From assembly GCF_018977255.1 (NCBI RefSeq), contig NW_024704743.1, positions 77,626,001 through 77,686,000 of the forward strand: DNA of 60,000 bases, given 5' to 3'. The DNA is from Callorhinchus milii (lineage: Eukaryota). Position numbers and translations under genes: made by a program. How positions within the stretch are numbered: position 1 is the stretch's first letter; each line of letters begins with the position of its first letter. This document shows positions 12,113-24,365 of the stretch, in pieces. The notes beneath the pieces are model-generated. The model was not told the DNA's origin. It did not search any database and worked only from the letters and a program-made list of their open reading frames with translations.

Positions 12113-12847
12113 TTAACTCAACTGTCAGAATATTTATCCAAACACAGGAGAGTGGAGCATACAGTTTCAGGGGTTTAGGAATACTGTAATTTTGATCCCG
12201 GTGTCTCAAATTGCTCAAGGTAACTGCAAACAAATGGCAGCCTTGTTTTGCCACTCCAGTAAATAACTACAACAAAACAGGAGAATAGAAGAGTTAGACA
12301 GCTACAAATAAACCAATGCAAAAATGACTCGATGTCTCATTATAAAAAAGCGGGATTGTGAAGGAAGCAATGTCTTGCACAACGCTTCATTTGGTTCATA
12401 CAATAAGACTGGAGTGTGTATGTGAACTGTTACACGGTGATGTTGTCCTGTCGTCGCCTGGATCTGCCACAGTTAATTTATTCTTTTTTATATTTCCTTC
12501 CATAAACATTGAAATTACATTTTTAGTGTTTTTCAAAAATATTTGGGCCACACCAGACCTACCCCCTGCTGTACTGTGAACTTGTCACAGCTGCCAACGT
12601 GGCAGCCCACCAAAGGAGCTTTCAGACAGACTGTGCCAGGACCCAAGCTTGCCTGTATACTCCCTGCTGCCTGTGTACTCCCTGCTGAGGGCTCATTGCT
12701 CTTTATGTGCAATAAGCTCTGAATTTAAAGAGGTGCTGGAGAAATGCCCCCCATTATAATTCAACTGAGATAATTTCTCTCACAGCCATTATGTCTATGT
12801 CAAGTGGCACTTAATAATGGGAATGAAATTTGTCAAGTGTTCCTTAT

Positions 12848-13208
12848 GATAATAGTAATAATATTTTCATTTGATGTAGCATCTTATCACATCATCGAGA
12901 CGTCTTAAAACGCTTCACGGGATTTTACAGTGAAGTACAGTGACTGTATATTTGGAGGCAAATGTTGCAGCCAATTCGTTCACAGCAGTGTCTTACAAAC
13001 AGCTGTGAAATTAATAACCAATTTTATCTGGGGGTTTGTTGGCTAGGCCACCAGGAGAAACTTCATTCACTTTTCGTGTAGTGCCGTGTGATCTTGAGCA
13101 TCAGCCTGAACAGGCACCTCCGACAATGAAGCCAAGACTGTGAGTTCAAAATCTCAATGCAGGGCTTGAACTTCTGACTCTGGGGCAAGAGTGAGCCAGG
13201 CTGATACC
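12848..13208 (-). mobile_element. Old Deu-domain SINE, near full length
   Basis: Tail, Deu core and head (gggcttgaac...ttctgactc...gagccaggctgatacc) in antisense. Confidence 0.75.
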
Positions 13209-13629
13209 CTGAAGAGCGACTCCCTTAGACTCTACTATTACTTCAACACAAAATACCCTCCTCTCCACAAAGGTAGGATTCGAGGGAAACTCTGCTATAA
13301 ATCTCTATTTATTGGCTGAACAGCAGCTTCAACATAGTGGAAGAGAAACTGCCTGAATTAAGGCTGGGATCAGCGTTAGTGTCCAAGATGGGGACAGCCA
13401 GAGATCTCGGGCAATGGGAGATCAAGCTGATTGACATGTCGATAGTGGGGAGGAGGGGATTAAGGAGAGTAATTAGGGTAAAGACATTTGTAGCATTTCA
13501 AACACATTCCTTGTGATAGTTATCAGTAATGAATTGTAAAAATCCCACAATTTCACTCTGTTAAATTGAGGTGTTAACATGCCTTTTGCCGATGCTTCCA
13601 AGTGTCTGACCAATAGACAGGAAAGGTTA

Positions 13630-13734
13630 TAAATAAAAGCAGAAGTCGCTGGGAACACTCAGCAGGTCAGGCAGCATATATGGAGAGAGGAGAGTGAGTT
13701 AACATTTCAGGTCGATGACCTTTCGTCAGAAATT
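13630..13734 (-). mobile_element. Penelope-like element fragment with a minimal type I hammerhead core (13696-13734)
   Basis: Reverse complement: CTGACGA-A-AGGTC-atc-GACCT-GAAA-TG-TT-AACTC, followed by ...ctctccatatatgctgcctgacctgctgagtgttcccagc. Confidence 0.75.
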
Positions 13735-13809
13735 TTGCCTTTTGACAAGAAAGATTACTTTGGAGCATAGATGGCCCTCTAACACCGTGAGTGAGGTGGA
13801 GGTGTCGCC

Positions 13810-14112
13810 TGGGTCTAGATGGAATACTTAACATTTCAGAACAAAGTAAATTTTGGAGAATCCTTAAATTCAGTCTTAACTTTGAAGCCTACCAAATACA
13901 CAGTCAGTACACTTCACAACAATTCCCACAAAGAGCTTTGCGACATCCTCCTGATATGAAGGGCACTAAACCAAATGTAAGAATTATTATTATTTTAAAC
14001 TGTTTTTCTGTCATTCTTAAAATAACCCACAAAACAAATAAGACTGAATTTAAGAATTGCCTAAACTTTGCACTGCTCTGAAATGCTAAGAAAAAGGTCT
14101 ATGTCTAGATTC
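13810..14112. mobile_element. Palindromic MITE-like element with a SINE tail inserted near its centre
   Basis: cttaaattcagtctta (13863-13878) / taagactgaatttaag (14039-14054), with the imperfect match extending ~50 bp; related sequence at ~51420-51495. Confidence 0.6.
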
Positions 14113-17100
14113 AGATGGAATTTTATAGATGCAGATGGAATTTCTGCTCCTCCTGATTTCCTACTTTCCTTTTCTTTCCTAACCTTTGATGTGATTCATA
14201 CACAAATATACATAAACACTCAAACATAAACCTATCAAACAGAAGTAAATCTGCACTCACATTTAAGATTGCATGGCTTCAGAACATGGGGAATATGAGA
14301 AGTGTGTGGGAAATAAAAGATTATGCGTAATTATATTGATGATACTTATTCCTAGCAGTTATGGTCCATTGCAGTTTCAGTTTATAAATAGGTGCTTAGT
14401 CAAATAATCCTGGCAGCAGCAATGAAATAAACGCTGAAATCTTGATCGAAAAAACATTGCAGGATCGTTCCTCCCTCACCGTGCTCAGAGAGCAGAGTGT
14501 TAAAAAAAAATAGGAACATTATGTGGAACGATATGTGGTTTAGAAGCTGGTGCAGCCATCAGTTGTTGATGGAACAGGATTAACGGCTCCATGTGTCAAT
14601 GTCAAAGAGGATAATGTGCCCCAGGCTAGGCAGAGACAAAAGGGCCTGTGAAGTTGTGCTGCTTTCCTTAGCTTTCGCTCTGCATTCCACATCTCTCCTA
14701 CAGGTCCTCGAAGACAGGTCTGGGTCCTTCTGCTCTATTGACTTCAAAAAGGGAATTGTGCTGAATAGCTGCTGCTCAACCTGATTGTGCCTGTCCGCTG
14801 CGAGTTAGGGTCAGCACAAGGCATCACGAAGATAGTGTCACAGCTTCTTGACAGCTGTACAACCTCATCTTTTTACTTGTAAATTTTTTTAAAATCTGTA
14901 TTTTATGCGAGGGTGGGAGGAAGGGGGAAGAGAAATGTTTTTTGTTAATTGTGTCCTGATTCTCAAGCTAAGGATCGGGATAGTACATGAAAATCTTGCA
15001 TCTAATAATAACCTTTTTAACTGCATTAGAACCATTTTAGTACCGGAGATCCCGCAAACTAAAACATTGATCCGAGGTGTTAAATGAAATCAAAAGCTTC
15101 CATTATTATATATTATTTGCCAATAGCAGCAGTTTTAAAATATAAATACCACACAAAGTAAAAGAGTTGTGCTGAAAAAGACAATTAGATGTCAGCCATG
15201 GTCTTTTTTTAAAGCTCATGAGAATACAATGGGATCTTACGTACAATAGTAATAATAATCCTTACATTTGATATATCGCCTTATCACACCATTGAGAGGG
15301 AAGTTATTTGTAGATTTTGCAACAGGAAATGTGTAATTAACAAATTTTCATTTGTTAAGATAAAAACAAGATATTGACATTTCAGAAATTTAGAGTTTGC
15401 ACATATTTTACGAAGGAATTGCACAAGATATATCACAAATTAGACCTAAATGTGTCAGATTTTAACACATTTAGGTACAGCAACCCTTCAAGTAATTAGA
15501 CATGGAATTCCCCTTTCTTAATGCATGAAGAGGAATAAATGAAAGACATTTGTGTTGCTTCCTAATTCACCTAATTTCTGTAACTAGAACCAACTCGGAC
15601 TCATCACCGTACATCTGCTGAGCTGAACTCAAAAGGTGGCCCGAGGCATAACAGTACCTTGTTAGAATCTCTGCACATAAAGGGATTAGACTCCCATGCA
15701 CAGGTGGCAATTTAACATTAGATAGAACTTTACACTTTTAGATTATTAGAAAAATACTTGAAATACTGGAGGGCGGAATCAGAGCGAACAAAAAAATTCA
15801 GCAAAGTCTACAACATGATCTGCCATGTTCTAGTCAAAAGCTAAAGGAATGTGACAAAAACATCAGAGCCCACAACACAGAGCTGTTTAACATGTATCAC
15901 ACGTCAAACAAGAAGAAATGTAGGAATTTAGCTGCATCTGATGGGAAAATATCGGAATAATTCAACTCGCTGACAACGTAATTAAAAACACACCATAAAA
16001 CACATTCTTCCCCCACTGTACACACCTTAATAATGACATTTCTTCAGTTGTTATTCTGGTATTCACTGGTATTCTTTCATCTGTATCAAAGGTGAAGCTG
16101 GATGCAGATATGTGAATAATTCAGGAGTACACTGGCATTTGAGCAGTCATCAAATTTCGAAACACAGACAGACAGAATTGGGGGAAAAAAATGCTGAAAC
16201 TGAACAATTGACAAGAAAAAAAATCTTTTAAAAAAGATCACCAGAATATTTCAAAGCACTTTTAAGTCAGGCTATAGTTGAATTGTTTTAAAATTGTATC
16301 CTTAAAAAAAATCCCCTCCAAAACAATATTGAAACGTTAACCCTTTCTCAGGTGACCAAACATATGTTGCCCTGTCAAGGCTGTGACTGCCCCTTCAGGA
16401 TTTACAATACATTAGTTTTGCACCTAGATAGACACACGAAGATTATGCAATATTATCTGTGAGGCTGTGAAATCTTCAATTCATTTCAGTGGGGGAAAAA
16501 AGTGGAGAACAAAAAGAAATTCCAGACCCCACTGCCCTGAGCTGAATGTTCTATTTTTTTTTCAGGAATTTCAAAAGGTTCTACTGTGCATGTTTCACAA
16601 CTTACATGTGCGTCATTTAAGTCCTGCCTTGTGTATGGACACTATTTAACAGGGGGCAGAGCGTAGGTGAACGTACATCACGGGCATATATCAGCAGTAC
16701 TCCAAAGATTGTTTTAAAAGGGAGAGAAATAAATGAAGGAGAGCAAGCAGAAGAGTGGTATTAGATTGGCTCAAATGGAGAAAAATCCCAATACAGTCTT
16801 GATGGGACAAATGGCCTATTTCTATTCTTTAATATTCAATGATCTATTCCTCTCCTAATGGTGATGGTTATGTTTTCTTGGCAGACTTTAGAATGGTGCA
16901 AGGGTTTCTATTATTAGATGCATCCCCAGTACATAAAACATCAATGAATTGTTGCAAAATGCAACCTGGGATGGGAGGGTTTAAGTGTAAAGCATTACAG
17001 GAGCTCTTCTCTGGTTTGAATTCTACATCTGGTACAATCAGCAGATTTAATCCGTTCCAGAAATCTCTGCTGGAAAGTGAGTTAGTGTGGAAGGGGTCTG

Positions 17101-17888
17101 CTATGTTGCCTTTCTTGGTCGCATAACCTACTGACACTTAATATCTAGGCTGGACTCTCCATTCTGCCAACCTGCTGTTTTATTGGGAGCTGCCTTTAGC
17201 TGGCATTTCCCTGAATAGAGACCGTACTTTGGGCCTGAGCTGTTCCCAACCTGGAGTAAGTGTGGTTGGATGGAGTATCACAGCATTAGGGGGTTTACTG
17301 GCTGTGCTGTCTGAATGATTTAGATTATTACCAGCAGACACCGAAGTTCAGGCTGCAGTCTAGAAAACGTCATTCAGGAATTGAAATAGGCTGACCTCAA
17401 AAAGCGAGTAACTAACATAAAAATCATTAGCTTACAAAATAAGCATAGCTATACCCAGTGAAGATCAAAGGGAACATTATGCATAAAGTTAGACACTGTT
17501 CAAATCATGAGCTTACACAATTAAATTTAGAAAATAATGCTTTAAGATCTTTATATTTGATCCCGCTTTCAGCCACCTTCCCTTTTTGGAAGTTTGGCTT
17601 CAAGCCAGCTGTAATTGACTGCCGTGTTGCCTACAAAAAGTTTCAGTCACTACACTTCAAAATAAAATCCTGCAAAGTGGATTAAGATGTCTCGATGACG
17701 TGATAAGGCACTATGTTTGCGAAAATAAGTGGAGCTATGCCGGGTGGACATCAAAGGGAAAATGATACATAGCAAAACAATAGAAATAAAAACAGCAAAC
17801 AGCACACAGTATGTCAAACAAAATCTAAAAGACACAGCTCTGACAAGGTTTGGGAGGGCTGCACATACCCATAGATCCATCATACCTT

Positions 17889-18052
17889 CAATCTACGACT
17901 GTTTGTGGGACATTGCTGTGCGCAATTGGCTGCCGCGTTCGCCCACAAATATACAGTCAATTCACTTTACAGTGTGTTCTGTGAAGCGCTTTGGGACATC
18001 CTCCCGACGTGAAAAGCGCTATATCAAATGCAAGGATTATTATTATTATTAT
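17889..18052 (+). mobile_element. 5'-truncated young SINE
   Basis: Near-identical to 5748-5918; TSD ATACCTT at 17882-17888 and 18051-18057. Confidence 0.9.
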
Positions 18053-18289
18053 ACCTTGATTCCATTGTTTCTAAACGTATACAGGATACACAGGTTATAA
18101 TCTGGGCCAATGGAAAAGTGCAGAAAATTCTGGGGTATTTGACAAACTGTGTGGAAAATTGCACAGGGTTGATTGGTGTTATTGAGAGACGCATTTTGTG
18201 AAACAATCCTGATCAAAATTATAGCTATATATTCCCTGAACATGTTGTGATGTTTAAAATACAAAATATGTTAATTTGAATAGTACAGC

Positions 18290-18500
18290 ATTTACTGAGA
18301 ATTGGTCGCAGGAGCTCAGTTTAAACCGCAGCGCCGGGTGAAGTTGATTTCCTGCCTGTGCCACTTCCATCATCCCAACACTCCCCGCCCCACACATGCG
18401 CGACTGGAGCTGCTTTGAGTAAATAGCGCGCAGAGATCCAGGTCCCACCACACTGTGTGTACAGGTTTGCAGCGGAGGGGGTGTTGGTAACACATTTGTA
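18290..18500. promoter_or_regulatory. Small CpG-enriched promoter-like segment
   Basis: ATTGG 18301, CACTTCC 18362, CCCCGCCC 18383, CATGCGCG 18395; local CpG retention in a CpG-poor background. Confidence 0.4.
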
Positions 18501-18602
18501 GCAGAGGCAGACGTTAATAGTAATAATATTCTTATTCAGTTTGTAATCAGTTTGTAGGAATCAGTTTGTACGGATTTTTTATTGGCCCAGGTTATAATTA
18601 AA

Positions 18603-18785
18603 CTAAAGCCAAAATTGCTGCAAATGCACAGCAAGTCAAACCACACGTGAAGGAGAAAGGCAGGTTAACATTTCGAGAGGAACTCTGACAAAGGTACACA
18701 CCTAAAACATTCACTCGGCTTTGTCCTTTTGATTTTAACAGATCTGCTGTGGGTTTCCAGCAGTTGCTTTTTATATTTCTGATTT
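18603..18785. mobile_element. Palindromic (head-to-head) degenerate Penelope-like fragment
   Basis: Left half resembles 13630-13710; right half ctgacaaaggtacacacctaaaacatt...gatctgctgtgggtttccagca. Confidence 0.55.
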
Positions 18786-19621
18786 ATACACATATATTTT
18801 ACTAACACACAGTAACTACAATTTACAGTATATTCTGAAAACCTCTTTGCGACGTGCTCCTGCTCTGAAAGGCACTATATCAATTGTAAGGATTGTTATT
18901 ACTATTATTTTGTTATGTATGATTTTCCCTTTGATCTTCACTAGGTGTAGCAATGCTTATAATATTTGAGCACTGCGAGAACCTGCCCTGGGTGAAAGAC
19001 ACTTGTTGTTATTATAAAATATATAATAATAATAAAAATAATCCTTACATTTGGTGTAGTGTCATTCACATCAGAAGGACTTTTTAAAGTGCTTCACAAG
19101 ATATACTGTATAATACAGTCACAGTGTGTTTTGTGGGGGAACACTTATTTTGTAAGCTAATCATTTTACGTTAGTTACTCGCTTTCTGAGGTCAGCCACT
19201 TTCCATTCCTGAATGAAGTTTTCTCGACTGCAGCCTGAACTTCGGTGTCTGCTGGTAATAACCTAAATCATTCAGACAGGACAGCCAGTAGACCCCCTAT
19301 TGCTGTGATACTCAGTCCAACCAGACTTAATCCAGGTTGAGAACAGCTCAGGCCTAAAGTACCTCTATTCAGGGAAATGCCAGCTGAAAGCAGCTCCCAA
19401 TTAAACAGCAGGTTGGTATTGCAGGGTAGAGTGGTGAGTCCACATTTGGTGTCTCAATGTCAGGTCCTTGTTTGTCCTCTGTGCTATGTTCCCTGAGCTT
19501 GGTTCAGTTGAACCCAGATCAGTAGATTATAGGGGTCCCTATCCAGAAAAAAACAGAAATTTACAGCACTGCCATTTCGCCTATCTTGTCAATACACTGG
19601 TTTATAATTTAACTGAGCATT

Positions 19622-19942
19622 TTAATAATAAGAAGAATCCTTGCATTTGATATAGCGCTTTTCACGTCGGGAGGACATCCCAAAGTGCTTCACAGAACAC
19701 ACTGTAAAGTGAATTGACTGTATATTTGTGGGTGAACGCGGCAGCCAATTGCGCACAGCGAGGTCCCACAAACAGTCGTAGATTGAAAATGACCAATTTA
19801 TTATTGTTTTTGGTTTTGGAGGGATTATTATTAGGCTCTGTGTGGAGTAAGGAAACTTGCCCAAGGTTTCGCCCTGCCTGGAATTGAACTCAGGTCTCTC
19901 GCTTGCAAAGCGAGTGCTCTAACCACTGAGCTACAAAACTCC
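19622..19942 (-). mobile_element. Young tRNA-Ala SINE, full length
   Basis: Reverse complement nearly identical to 5599-5918. Confidence 0.9.
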
Positions 19943-19996
19943 ACAAACTCCGCATTGGGTAATAAGTGATCTTTCTCGACTGGTCCTAAAGTGAAC

Positions 19997-20307
19997 ATAA
20001 TAATAATAATCCTTGCATTTGGTATAGCGCTTTTTCACGTCTTCTCGACGTCTCAAAGCGCTTCACAGAATAGACTTTAAAGTGAATTGAATGTATATTT
20101 GTGGACGAAACGCGGCAGCCAATTGCGCACAGCAGTGTCCCACAAACAGTCTTGGATTGAAAATGACCAATTTATTATTGTTTTTTGGAGGGATTATTAT
20201 TAGGCGTGTGGAGTAAGGAAACTTGCCCAAGGTTTCGCCCTGCCTGGAATTGAACCCAGGTGTCTCGCTTGCAAAGCGAGTGCTCTAACCACTGAGCTAC
20301 AGGACTC
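19997..20307 (-). mobile_element. Young tRNA-Ala SINE, full length, in tandem with the preceding copy
   Basis: Same head, middle and tail; ~55 bp from the 19622 copy. Confidence 0.9.
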
Positions 20308-22454
20308 CACTGAGTATGAGTGGGTAGAAGGGTATTGGAGTCACTAATGGGAACTTATCTAAACAAAGTAGACACATTTTACTGGCTTGAACCAATCCAA
20401 AGGATAAAATAAAAACTGTTGAAATGACAGGATAAGGAGATGGATTTGTCTCAATGAAAACTGTTGCCATCTTCCTATAAAAAAAGTTTGGAAAGTTTTT
20501 ATTTACCTGGATTGTAAACACACAGTGCAAAACCGGGAATCATAATGCAAAACATGTGTGTGGTCTCACCGGGAGCTGCTTTAGAAGATTCACAAAAGGA
20601 ACGGTGAATCTGAAGCTAATCGTCTGGAAATCCGTGTGGATACTGACCCTGATCATGTCACATTGTGGCCAAAGGAGTTTAGTCACAGCAACAAAATATT
20701 GGCTTACAAGCAGAGCTCGGAAATGGGGCAGAGTGCTGGCCTCTGCAAACTCTCTTTGCAAAGAAAAATTGTGAAATGTCTTAGTAAGCACATCTGCTAA
20801 ACAAAAATTAGCCAAACACTTTTTGCTAAAGACACTGTTCCTTTAAGTGGCTTTACTGGTGTGTTTGACTTCATTACTCTATGAGAACATTGTGACCTTA
20901 TCAATCTAGCTTATTGGGCGTAACTTACCTAAGACATTTCACAACACTGCTTTGCTGAGGGAGCTCTCTGAGATGGACAGACTAGCTCCACATTCATAGA
21001 ATTTGTCTGCCTCCGCTTGTCGAGGCATCATTGATGCTTTTTAAAAAAAATCTGCTCCTAACTATTTCAGGAACTGCTCCCCCCCACCCACCTTCCTCTC
21101 CCATTAAGCAACAATGTCCCTGTAAGATAGTCTCACAGGACTCAAAAGATTTGTTTGCTGCTCTTCACGCGCCAATAACATTTGTGCTTCGGAGAAAGGA
21201 TGCAGACTGAAGGAAATATCCTTCATGCCACATGTTGCTGGAAGCAAAGCAAGACGCTTTATGTTTTAAGAGTAGCCTATCACCCTCTGTTCTAAAAGGG
21301 CTGACACATGTCAAGACATGTTACAGGCAGAATGAAGGCAACGTCGGCCTAAATTCTGAATTTTGCATTGCACAGCACTTGCTGTTGTAGCAGCTGGAGT
21401 AAGCTGGCTGCCGGCTGCTTTCTGAATTACAGATGAATTTGTCAGCTCTGGGCATGAGAGCCAAATGATCAACAAATCCTTCACAACTAATCACACCACA
21501 CTCAACAACTTCCGCTCCCTGATTACCAAGGAAATCATTAGAGGGAAAAAGTGCACAGATCTTTCATCGTGCCCAGATAAACTACCGAAGGTCAGAAGGG
21601 GTGTGTTTGATAGGCCATTTACTCTTCCTATTCCTATTATTCCAGAATTTCCTCTATCATGGTGATGTCTGCTTCCTAATCACTTCCATCCTAGTGTACT
21701 CAGTTCTCTCAAACCTCCCGCAGGTTTATAGCTGGCTGACGCAGGCTTCCAGCCTCCTGAGTGACTGATCACAGCAAGCCCTACACTGCGCCCTTCCAGT
21801 GCTAGTCTCCCTCAGTTCCTGTGGGCCTGAGCTCATGTTAGAATGTCACATATGGCACTAATGGCATGTGAGCAGTGGATGGGACACAAAGCTGGTGACA
21901 TATGCTTGATCACGCAGTATTTATTCATGCATCCAGAGCAAAGAAGGAAACAAAACACATACACTCTTAGGATAAACTGCCCCCCACCCTCACCCGTCCA
22001 TTCAATTGTTAATCTGCAAAACAAGTTGGTGAACTTCAAGTGACTTCCGTTAGGAAATGCTTTGTCTCCTTGTACTGTATTCTGAAAGCTTTTACTTCAA
22101 AATCCCCGTAAGACTTCATTGTCTGCATCTGGTCACAGACTACTGCCTTCCACATAAACACCTGTCAGCATGAGGCCCGCAAGACAGGTAAAGTCAGAAC
22201 ATAATACATCACGTGCAGTTCAGGATGAAAACTGACTTATTAGCAAACTGTGAGCACACATGATCTGTGATGTATTTGCGTTATAGTTTAGGTCAGGTGG
22301 AACATCCACATGGTAAGGAAAGAAGTTTTTTTTCTGAGAATGACCTGTCACAACGAGGATGTTGGATACTGAATACCATCCTGTTGCAAAACGTATGCAG
22401 TGACCAAACTCGATGAGAACTAAACAACTTGAAATTTCACCTAACCTTCACAAT

Positions 22455-22712
22455 ACCAATAACAACTTGCATTTATAAAGCATCCTTCACATAGGGTAAC
22501 ATCTTGGAGCCCTGTAGAAGAATGGGGGTCGGCCTCCAAGCAAAGGAGAGGGGAACAGGGAGGTGGTCATAAGTGAGGTTGAAGAGGTTTTAACGTAGGA
22601 TTTAAAGACAGATAGAGAGGGAGCAAAGTGGTGATGGGGTTTGGGGGGAGGGAGGAATGAGATTCCACAGGTTAGGGACATAAGATGCCGAAGCCTCCAC
22701 CACTGATGGTGA
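22455..22712 (-). mobile_element. L2 3' fragment
   Basis: aacaacttgcatttata tail and G-rich antisense 3' region. Confidence 0.7.
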
Positions 22713-23244
22713 TTGATGGATTGAGCGATCTTGAAATATATGATTAATCCCTATATTTGGTATAGTGTCTTTCATATCGGGAGGATGTCTTAAAGAGCTT
22801 CACAGGATGTACTGTAAAGTGCAATGACTGGCGTGTTTTGTGACAAGGATTGTGCAGAATCGTGGAAAACGTTTAAATTCAGCCATAAATTTGGGAACTG
22901 TTTTTCTGCAGTTCTTAAAAAGAAACTGGCTTTCAAATTATTAAATTGAATTAACTTAGTCTTAAAATTTAAGAATTGATAATTTATTTGAATTTAATAA
23001 AGTGTCCTTCGGGTCTGGAGAATGTAAACGCGAAGGACAGAAGTTAGGCAGGTTACTGTGTTCGCCTACAAGTACAGTCACTACACGTTACTGTAAATCC
23101 TGTGAAGGTCTTTGCGACATTCTCCAAATGGTTTTGATATGTCAATTGCAGCTATAAATAGTGGCAGGGCTCATTGAAGAATGATCAGTCAGGAGTGGGA
23201 ACCTGGATTGATTTTTCTCAGGGGCACTAAGATTAGTTATAATA

Positions 23245-23640
23245 ATAATAATAATCTTTGATATATTTACACTGTTAACTCACACTATAATGCTTAAATG
23301 TCTCAAAACAACTTGTCAGGGAATGGCTGTCAAATGTAGTTACTGTGTTTTGTACGCAAATGTTGCAGCCAATTTGTGCACAGCAATGTCCCACAAACAG
23401 CAATGAAGCAAGTGATCAATTTATCAGGGGGTTGTTGACTAGGACACCAGGAGGAACTCCTTTTTCTTTTAAAATACTGGAGCAGGATCTTGAATGTCCA
23501 CCTTAACAATATAGGTGTATATAGCAATGAATTTGTGCCGAGCAAAGCCTCACAAACACCCATTAGTGAATGACTAATTTATCCAGAGGATTGTTGGCCA
23601 GAACACTAGGAGAATCTCCCCTCTTTTAAAAATACCAGGA
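23245..23640 (-). mobile_element. Deu-domain SINE with internal partial tandem duplication
   Basis: gcagccaatttgtgcacagcaatgtcccacaaacagc core; diverged second copy at 23520-23640. Confidence 0.7.
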
Positions 23641-24039
23641 CAACACGCACTGTGGTGCCCTATTGCTGTTATACCTCACCTTGTGCGTGAACCACGAACA
23701 GAGAAGTGTAAGTTAAAGGTGCACCACTGTTTGATCAGAAAAGCAGGGCTCTGCAAAGCTTAACATAAACGCTGCAGAACTCTGCTCTCCAGCCTCCAGC
23801 TAATGGTGACATTTTTAAAGTTAGGCACGTTACTGTGTTCGCCTACAAAATACAGTCACGACATGTTACTGTAAATCCTGTGAAGGGCTTTGAGACTTTT
23901 TCCAGATGCAATGGACACTTTATTAAATTCAAGGACTTTGATTATTATTTTACTGCCCATTTAGCATTGTTCATGAAAATTTTAATGTTTATTTTAATGT
24001 GACCCACAATCATTGGACACTGAAACCTACAAACCAGAA

Positions 24040-24365
24040 TATCCCAGTTTCTGTGTTCTCCTGTGCTGAGCTACCTGATCTCAGCTGAGGCATGAGGTGG
24101 GATATTATATTTGGCCTCGGTGCTCCTGGGCTCAGGAAGAGAAAATTCAAGTAGGATTAACACTCTGTTGATCCCTGTCCTTTTATCCTGCTGTAAATGG
24201 TGCAAGTCTGGTCTTTGAGTCAGGTTAGGGTTAGGCTCAGCTGGTGACATTCACTGTCTAGGCTCACACATAGAAAATAGATACTTGGCTGACATACCAG
24301 ATGACATCCAATGCTCATATTATACCAGAGAAACGGACAGTGCCTTCGGGAGAGGAGGAGGGAAA
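24040..24365 (+). mobile_element. Ancient SINE-like repeat of a separate family (related pieces at ~23175-23240 -, 47590-47760 -, 55540-55631 and 59339-59370 +)
   Basis: ctgtgctgagctacctgatctcagc...ttggcctcggtgctcctgggct...cactgtctaggctcacaca...cagtgccttcgggagaggagg; several related copies in the window. Confidence 0.6.

Larger units (their letters stand above)
17167..19416. repeat. Long inverted repeat: arm 17167-17486 versus 18913-18960 plus 19144-19416
   Basis: Colinear reverse-complement match by eye over ~320 bp; right arm interrupted by a SINE-tail-containing insert with CTTAT duplicated. Confidence 0.95.

Noticed and set aside
20769..20790. miR-203-like GTGAAATGT start
   Set aside because: Only 9 nt match; the rest of the mature sequence and a compact precursor are absent
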